A stretch of 32,000 bases of DNA. Source: Synechococcus sp. A15-28. GTDB lineage: Bacteria > Cyanobacteriota > Cyanobacteriia > PCC-6307 > Cyanobiaceae. Shown piece by piece: positions 27,259 to 32,000 of the stretch (the stretch's first letter is position 1; every line of letters starts with the position of its first letter). Made by a program: the position numbers and the translations under genes. The DNA lies in contig NZ_CP047931.1 of assembly GCF_014280175.1 (NCBI RefSeq), positions 720,001 to 752,000 of the forward strand, read 5' to 3'. The notes under the pieces are model-generated. The model did not search any database. It had not been told where the DNA came from and saw nothing but the letters and a program-made list of their open reading frames with translations.

Positions 27259-28074
27259 TTACTGTTGTGCTCCTGGTAATGAACCATTCTCCGCGGGGCT
27301 TCCTTGTTCTGGGTCGATCACATCGGCTTGTTGCGTCCAGAGACCGGATTGATCCGCTGCGGTCCAGCCGCTCTCGGTTAACTCATGAGAGAAAGTTTCG
27401 ATTGGTTCTTCAAAGATGAAGGCGACATCCTCGTCAAACGCATGGATGGGAGGGTTCTTTCGAAATTGATCGGGGAGCCTAACTTCTGTGATTGCGGTAT
27501 TCGCAAAAGCATTCTCGCCAAGATATGTCGTTGAATCAGGGATCGAGATTCGCGCAAGCTTTGAACAACCCTCAAAGGCGCTGGCCCCGATGATACGAAG
27601 TGAATTCGGGAAGCTGACCACTTCAAGTTCAGGGCAGGCATAAAATGCCCTTTCTCCAATCTCTCGAAGAGAATCACCTAGCACCAGCTTGTTCAGAACA
27701 TTGCCGTTCGAGAAAGCTCGCTTGCCAATGGAGGTGACCGAATCACCAATGGTGATTGAGTTCAGTGAACGTCCGTATTGAAATGCATAGTCACCAATCT
27801 CCTCGACGGAGTCGGGAATGGTGAGATTTTTGAGGCTGAAGGTTGCAAAGAACGATTCTTTGCCAAGGCTGACAAGTGAATTCCCGAAGTCAATCTCTTC
27901 CAGATTTGATGTGTAGGCAAACCCTTGGTCTTCGATCGTCAGGAGTGTGTCGGGCAGGACAGCCTGTTTGATCTCCAGATTTCGTTCGAAGTGCCCTGCT
28001 GGAACCGATGTGGATCCCTCCAGGATCACAAGTTGACCCGTGATTGGGTCAAACTCACTCAGCAAGGACGTCAT
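27259..28074 (-). CDS. BspA-type leucine-rich repeat protein (LRR_5-like)
   Basis: 271 aa with tandem 23-residue units of the form xIPDSVxxIGxxAFxxCxxLxxI; ATG start at 28074. Confidence 0.8.
   Translation of the reverse strand: MTSLLSEFDPITGQLVILEGSTSVPAGHFERNLEIKQAVLPDTLLTIEDQGFAYTSNLEEIDFGNSLVSLGKESFFATFSLKNLTIPDSVEEIGDYAFQYGRSLNSITIGDSVTSIGKRAFSNGNVLNKLVLGDSLREIGERAFYACPELEVVSFPNSLRIIGASAFEGCSKLARISIPDSTTYLGENAFANTAITEVRLPDQFRKNPPIHAFDEDVAFIFEEPIETFSHELTESGWTAADQSGLWTQQADVIDPEQGSPAENGSLPGAQQ
27466..27957 (-). repeat. Seven tandem BspA-type LRR units encoded within the 27259-28074 ORF
   Basis: Units: VLPDTLLTIEDQGFAYTSNLEEI / DFGNSLVSLGKESFFATFSLKNL / TIPDSVEEIGDYAFQYGRSLNSI / TIGDSVTSIGKRAFSNGNVLNKL / VLGDSLREIGERAFYACPELEVV / SFPNSLRIIGASAFEGCSKLARI / SIPDSTTYLGENAFANTAITEVR. 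Confidence 0.85.
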
Positions 28075-28167
28075 CCTTTCCCATCGAACAAAGTGATCCT
28101 AAAGCGTTGCTCCTGAAAATCACCGCTTTGAATCGCTCAAGTCCTGAGCCTTGGCTGAGTGTTTCCC

Positions 28168-29097
28168 TCAGTCTTTGTAAGGGTAGTTGTTGGGAACGAA
28201 GAATTGTTCGTTGAACGGAGGGCGTTTGTAGTCCCCCTGCTCTGGACGGGGTGGCATGTCGATGGGGGGAGGTGTCATGTCTTCATAGGGAACCTTGCTC
28301 AGCACATGACGCAGGCAATTGAGACGTGCCCGACGCTTGTCGTTGGCTTCAACTGTGAACCAAGGGGCCTCAGGGATATGCGTTTTGGAGAACATGATGT
28401 CCTTCGCTTTGGAATATTCCACCCAGCGGTTTCGGGACTCAATATCCATCGGGCTCAGCTTCCAACGTCGTTCCTCGCAATCAATCCTCGACTGGAAACG
28501 TTGCTCCTGCTCTTCATCATTGATGGAGAACCAATATTTGAGCAGCAGAATTCCGTCCTGCACCAAAATGCGCTCGAACTGAGGGCAGGCGACGTAGAAC
28601 TGCTCCACCTGTTCCTCGGTGGCAAACCCCATCACCCGTTCCACACCGGCCCGGTTGTACCAGCTGCGGTCAAAGACCACGATTTCACCGGCGCTGGGGA
28701 AGTGCTCCACGTAGCGCTGGAAATACCACTGGGTTTTCTGTTGATCAGACGGCGTCCCCAGGGCGACAACGCGGCATCCCCGAGGATTCATCGGTTCTGT
28801 GAGGCGTTTGATCGATCCGCCCTTACCCGCAGCATCCCGCCCTTCAAACAGGATGATCATGCGGAATCCCGTGGCCTTGATCCAGTACTGCATCTTGACG
28901 AGCTCGGATTGCAGCTTCGCCAACTCTTTTTCGTAGGTCTTCTTCTCCAGGCGCTTGTGATCGCTGGAAAAACCCTCCTGCAGTTCCACCAGAATCTCCT
29001 GAGGGTGATCAACGTCACCATCGCTGTGGTCAAGAGCGTCGAGCACCGAAGCGATGTCGTGCTTGTGGTTCTTGCTCATCAGCCAGAAAACGATCAA
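28168..29097 (-). CDS. ppk2: Polyphosphate kinase 2 family protein
   Basis: MIILFEGRDAAGKGGSIKRLTEPMNPRGCRVVALGTPSDQQKTQWYFQRYVEHFPSAGEIVVFDRSWYNRAGVERVMGF...; Walker A/B typical of PPK2. Start may be the internal ATG at 29079. Confidence 0.93.
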   Translation of the reverse strand: MIVFWLMSKNHKHDIASVLDALDHSDGDVDHPQEILVELQEGFSSDHKRLEKKTYEKELAKLQSELVKMQYWIKATGFRMIILFEGRDAAGKGGSIKRLTEPMNPRGCRVVALGTPSDQQKTQWYFQRYVEHFPSAGEIVVFDRSWYNRAGVERVMGFATEEQVEQFYVACPQFERILVQDGILLLKYWFSINDEEQEQRFQSRIDCEERRWKLSPMDIESRNRWVEYSKAKDIMFSKTHIPEAPWFTVEANDKRRARLNCLRHVLSKVPYEDMTPPPIDMPPRPEQGDYKRPPFNEQFFVPNNYPYKD

Positions 29098-29118
29098 ATT
29101 CGTTTTGGCAGCGCTTCT

Positions 29119-30489
29119 TTAAGAGGTTGTTTCGAGATCAGGATTTCTGAATAATTCTTCGTCGCCCAGCCCCTCTTCAGGCAGGTTCAGCACCACAGCA
29201 AATCGGCCTGGGTTGCTTGTTCCTGTGCGGAAGGTCACTGTTCCGCCGTGGTGCTGCATCACATGGTTCACGATCGCCAGACCGAGACCGCAATGACCCT
29301 GCTGGCCGCGGGCGTCATCGAGTCGCTGGAACGGTTGCAGGGCACGGTTCCACTGTTCCTTCGGAACCCCTGATCCCTGATCCCAGACTTCGAGGCTGAT
29401 CCGGTTCCTGTGCTTCAAAAGGCGGATCACCACCGGTGGTCTGCCATAGGTGAAGGCATTGTCGATCAGGTTGCTGACAGCTCTGCCGAGGGCCACGGGA
29501 CGGATGCGGGCCTGAACCGCTGATGGTTCCAGCTGCAGTTGCTCGCTCGGATAGCTGGCCACCACTTCTGCCAGCCACAGATCCAAGGGACAAAGCACTG
29601 GCGACTCCCGCTCTCCACCGCCGGCGTAGAGCAGGAACTGACCGGTGATGCGTTCCAGGGACTCCAGATCATGGCGAGATCGATCCCGCTCGTTGGCGTC
29701 AAGGCTTGGCAGAGCCAGACGGAACTGCAGGCGTGTGATCGGAGCCCTCAGGTCGTGAGCGATGCCGGCCAGCATTGTTGCCCGCTCCCGGCGGTTGGCA
29801 GCCAGCCGCTGAACCATGGAATTGAACCGTCGGGTGATGCGTTGCACCTCGGGGGCACCTTGTGCTGGCAGGGCAGAAGGCTCATTGCCCTCACTGACAC
29901 GGGCCAGGGCCTTTTCCAGTCCACGCAGAGGCTGTTCAACCTCCTTGAGCAGATACACAACACCCGTCAGGATCACGGCCCCCACCAGGGCAATCACCAT
30001 CAGCATCGGGTCGGGCGGCCAGCGGCGTGTGGCAGGTATTTCGCTTCGCAGCCAGACCGGCTCCAGCGGTGAGATCAATTCGATCCAGATCTGCTGCCCC
30101 CCCTGCTGAATGCCTGCCGTCCCGCCGGAGGTTGCCGGCAGCAGCATCGGGCAGTGGGAGAGCCGTGAGCAGAGCTCCTGTCGCAACTCCCTCCGTCGGT
30201 GATCATTGGGAAGCGCCTTCTGCTCCGATCCTGGGGGCTGTCCGGCGATGACCAGATCCAACCCTGTGAACTCCTTGATCAGAGACGGTGGGTAACGCTC
30301 AAGGGTGAGCTCCGTCAGGCGGATGTTGAGTGCAAGATCCCGGCCCAGTTGCAAGGTCTGGAGTCGGTTCAGTTCCCGTCCGAACAGCAGCTGCATCAGC
30401 ATGAGACAGAGCAACCAGCTGCCAAGCAGCACGGAGCTCCAGGCGCTGATCTGAAGCATCAGCGGTCTCAACGAGACAAAACGGGACAT
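29119..30489 (-). CDS. Sensor histidine kinase (EnvZ-like, HAMP domain)
   Basis: H-box MLAGIAHDLRAPITRLQFRLAL, N-box ALGRAVSNLIDNAFTYG, G-boxes VWDQGSGVP / GHCGLGLAIVNHVMQHHGGTV; two TM segments. ATG at 30489 (MSRFVSLRPLMLQ) preferred to the ORF-track start 30636. Confidence 0.93.
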   Translation of the reverse strand: MSRFVSLRPLMLQISAWSSVLLGSWLLCLMLMQLLFGRELNRLQTLQLGRDLALNIRLTELTLERYPPSLIKEFTGLDLVIAGQPPGSEQKALPNDHRRRELRQELCSRLSHCPMLLPATSGGTAGIQQGGQQIWIELISPLEPVWLRSEIPATRRWPPDPMLMVIALVGAVILTGVVYLLKEVEQPLRGLEKALARVSEGNEPSALPAQGAPEVQRITRRFNSMVQRLAANRRERATMLAGIAHDLRAPITRLQFRLALPSLDANERDRSRHDLESLERITGQFLLYAGGGERESPVLCPLDLWLAEVVASYPSEQLQLEPSAVQARIRPVALGRAVSNLIDNAFTYGRPPVVIRLLKHRNRISLEVWDQGSGVPKEQWNRALQPFQRLDDARGQQGHCGLGLAIVNHVMQHHGGTVTFRTGTSNPGRFAVVLNLPEEGLGDEELFRNPDLETTS

Positions 30490-30490
30490 C

Positions 30491-31225
30491 TCAGCGAGAG
30501 CGGGGGGTTCCGTCCGGCACGAAGACGTAGCCATAGCCCCAGACCGTCTGGATGTAGCGGGGACGGGAGGGATCGGGTTCCACCAGCTTTCGAACTCTAG
30601 ACACCTGCACATCCATGCTCCGGCTGTCGGTGTCACTGCCGGGGCCCCGGGCCAGCTCGATCAAACGCTCCCTGGACAGAGGCCGGTGGGGGTGCTGAAC
30701 AAAGGCCGCCAGCAGGCTGAATTCACCGCTGGTGATCATTTCCGTGCTGCCGCCTTTCATCAACGTTCGGGCGGACAGGTCCAGGACGGTTTCGCCAAAA
30801 CTCACCTGTTCTCCACCCTGAACAGGCGTTCCCGCTGTTACGGCCATGCGCCGCCGTAGCACCGCATCGATTCGCGCGGTCAGTTCCCGCGGCAGAAAGG
30901 GCTTGCCCAGGTAGTCATCGGCGCCCTGCTCCAAGCCGATGATGCGATCCACCGCCTCCCCACGCGCCGTCAGCATCACCACGGGCAGGTCATCGCCGGC
31001 ATCCCGGAGTCGCCGCAGTGCCGTCAGGCCATCGTCGCCGGGGAGCATCACGTCCAGAACAAGGAGGTCCGGTCGCTGACATTCCAGACGCGCCTCCAAC
31101 TGCTTGACATCGCAAAGGCAGCGAACGTCGTACCCCTGATCGATCAGATAAGTCCCCACCATCTTGCGCAGCTCCGGGTCGTCATCCACCACCCAGACCA
31201 TCGACGTCTTTGACATGCGTGGCAT
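30491..31225 (-). CDS. OmpR/PhoB-family response regulator
   Basis: VWVVDDDPELRKMVGTYLIDQGY...PDLLVLDVMLPGDDGLTALRRL...VVMLTARGEAVDRIIGLEQGADDYLGKPFLPRELTARI; winged-helix C-terminus SRSMDVQVSRVRKLVEPDPSRPRYIQTVWGYGYVF. Confidence 0.95.
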   Translation of the reverse strand: MPRMSKTSMVWVVDDDPELRKMVGTYLIDQGYDVRCLCDVKQLEARLECQRPDLLVLDVMLPGDDGLTALRRLRDAGDDLPVVMLTARGEAVDRIIGLEQGADDYLGKPFLPRELTARIDAVLRRRMAVTAGTPVQGGEQVSFGETVLDLSARTLMKGGSTEMITSGEFSLLAAFVQHPHRPLSRERLIELARGPGSDTDSRSMDVQVSRVRKLVEPDPSRPRYIQTVWGYGYVFVPDGTPRSR

Positions 31226-31353
31226 CGTCTCTCTGAACGGTATGAATCCCTCTTGGTTGTGTCTTGCTCCAGGCGTATCCAGTCACAGCTTCAAGGGCGA
31301 TAGACATGCCTGAGTCATCGGCAACGTCTCCAAAGCTTCATAGGCTGAGATCC

Positions 31354-31809
31354 ATGAAGCTCCCTGTTCTCATCGCTGGTGCAGCGTTGAATCTGTTGCT
31401 GGTCCCTGGGGTGGCCTGGCCCGACCAGGGGGCGATGCGGGCTTACAACCAGCGTATGGAGTCGTTGTTTCTGCGGCTGGATTCCAATGGCAACGGCAGG
31501 CTTGAGCGTCAGGAGCTGGATGGCCGTCCAGCCCTGCAGCGCCAGCTGAAACGTAAGGCGGGACGACATTTTTTGCTGCTGGAGGACGTACGAACCCGGC
31601 GGGGCACCGTGCGTGGACAACGGCTGACGCATCGCTTTCGAAAAGCGGATCTCAATTCAGATCGTCGGCTCAACCTTCAGGAGGCCTCACGTCTGCCCTG
31701 GGTTGAACGCCACTTCAACGGACTGGATCGCAACCGCGACGCCCATGTGACCCTGGAGGAACTCTGGGACCTGCAGCGAGCCCTCGCTCCCCGTCAACGT
31801 CGTCCCTGA
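31354..31809 (+). CDS. Secreted EF-hand-containing protein
   Basis: Signal-like MKLPVLIAGAALNLLLVPGVAWPDQG; EF-hand loops DSNGNGRLERQE, DLNSDRRLNLQE, DRNRDAHVTLEE. Confidence 0.8.
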   Translation: MKLPVLIAGAALNLLLVPGVAWPDQGAMRAYNQRMESLFLRLDSNGNGRLERQELDGRPALQRQLKRKAGRHFLLLEDVRTRRGTVRGQRLTHRFRKADLNSDRRLNLQEASRLPWVERHFNGLDRNRDAHVTLEELWDLQRALAPRQRRP

Positions 31810-31994
31810 TGCGGAGGAGGAAAGAACAGCAATTTCAGAAGTCTGAGCATTCGCCAGAGGCCAGCGATCATCAGCACCCCGGCGAGCATCACCAAAGCGG
31901 CGATGAGCACGACTCCCCCGAGCCCCAACATGGCGCTGAGCAGGAGTTGGATGCCACTGATCAGGTCAGAGATCGCTTCGCTGACCAGCAGCAT
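31794..31994 (-). CDS. Small hypothetical membrane protein; start uncertain because of the window edge
   Basis: MLLVSEAISDLISGIQLLLSAMLGLGGVVLIAALVMLAGVLMIAGLWRMLRLLKLLFFPPPHQGRR; overlaps the end of the EF-hand gene convergently. Confidence 0.45.
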   Translation of the reverse strand: MLLVSEAISDLISGIQLLLSAMLGLGGVVLIAALVMLAGVLMIAGLWRMLRLLKLLFFPPPHQGRR

Positions 31995-32000
31995 CAGGTC

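Noticed and set aside
27245-27265. Programmed -1 frameshift joining the LRR and RTX-like ORFs
   Set aside because: The junction (sense CAACAGTAAAAACATTG) has an A-run but not a canonical X-XXY-YYZ heptamer in the right frame before the stop. I kept only the open split/frameshift question.
1-32000. CRISPR arrays, tRNA/rRNA genes, IS elements, prophage or known defence modules
   Set aside because: Looked for regularly spaced direct repeats, conserved RNA gene blocks and transposase/integrase/restriction motifs; none seen by eye. A tRNAscan, Infernal or DefenseFinder run would be decisive.

Overview
This 32 kb window looks like chromosomal DNA from a marine picocyanobacterium (Synechococcus-like). 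That assignment rests on gene content and protein character, not on a database search. It is densely coded and mostly core genes: CBS-domain protein, pgsA, CSP41-like epimerase, hisA, a Fur-family regulator, DUF3685/Ycf55-like protein, a lumenal PSI-accumulation-type protein, a CofE-like protein, ruvX, DUF3727, YqeG-type HAD phosphatase, proB, lpxD, leuB, prk, prepilin peptidase, accD, Gfo/Idh/MocA oxidoreductase, class II fba, S66 LD-carboxypeptidase, purQ/purS and an MscS channel. The most system-like segment is a compact arsenic locus at about 21.6-25.4 kb: a DUF938 methyltransferase and arsR, divergent from a GAPDH-arsJ pair that overlaps a degenerate thermonuclease-like gene. GAPDH plus ArsJ is a known arsenate detoxification route; the flanking DUF938 and SNase-like genes are less explained. 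A second accessory patch at 25.4-28.1 kb holds small hypothetical ORFs, an RTX/Ca-binding-like ORF and a seven-unit BspA-type LRR ORF directly abutting in different frames. The window ends with PPK2, an EnvZ/OmpR-type two-component pair and an EF-hand protein. Non-coding signals worth noting are a perfect 18-bp palindrome at 628-645, a perfect 8-4-8 inverted repeat at 26014-26033, an imperfect 11-bp-arm hairpin at 25671-25701, a candidate ArsR operator at 22606-22621 and a strong terminator after fba. I found no CRISPR array, tRNA, rRNA or transposase, and no convincing wholly new multi-gene system.
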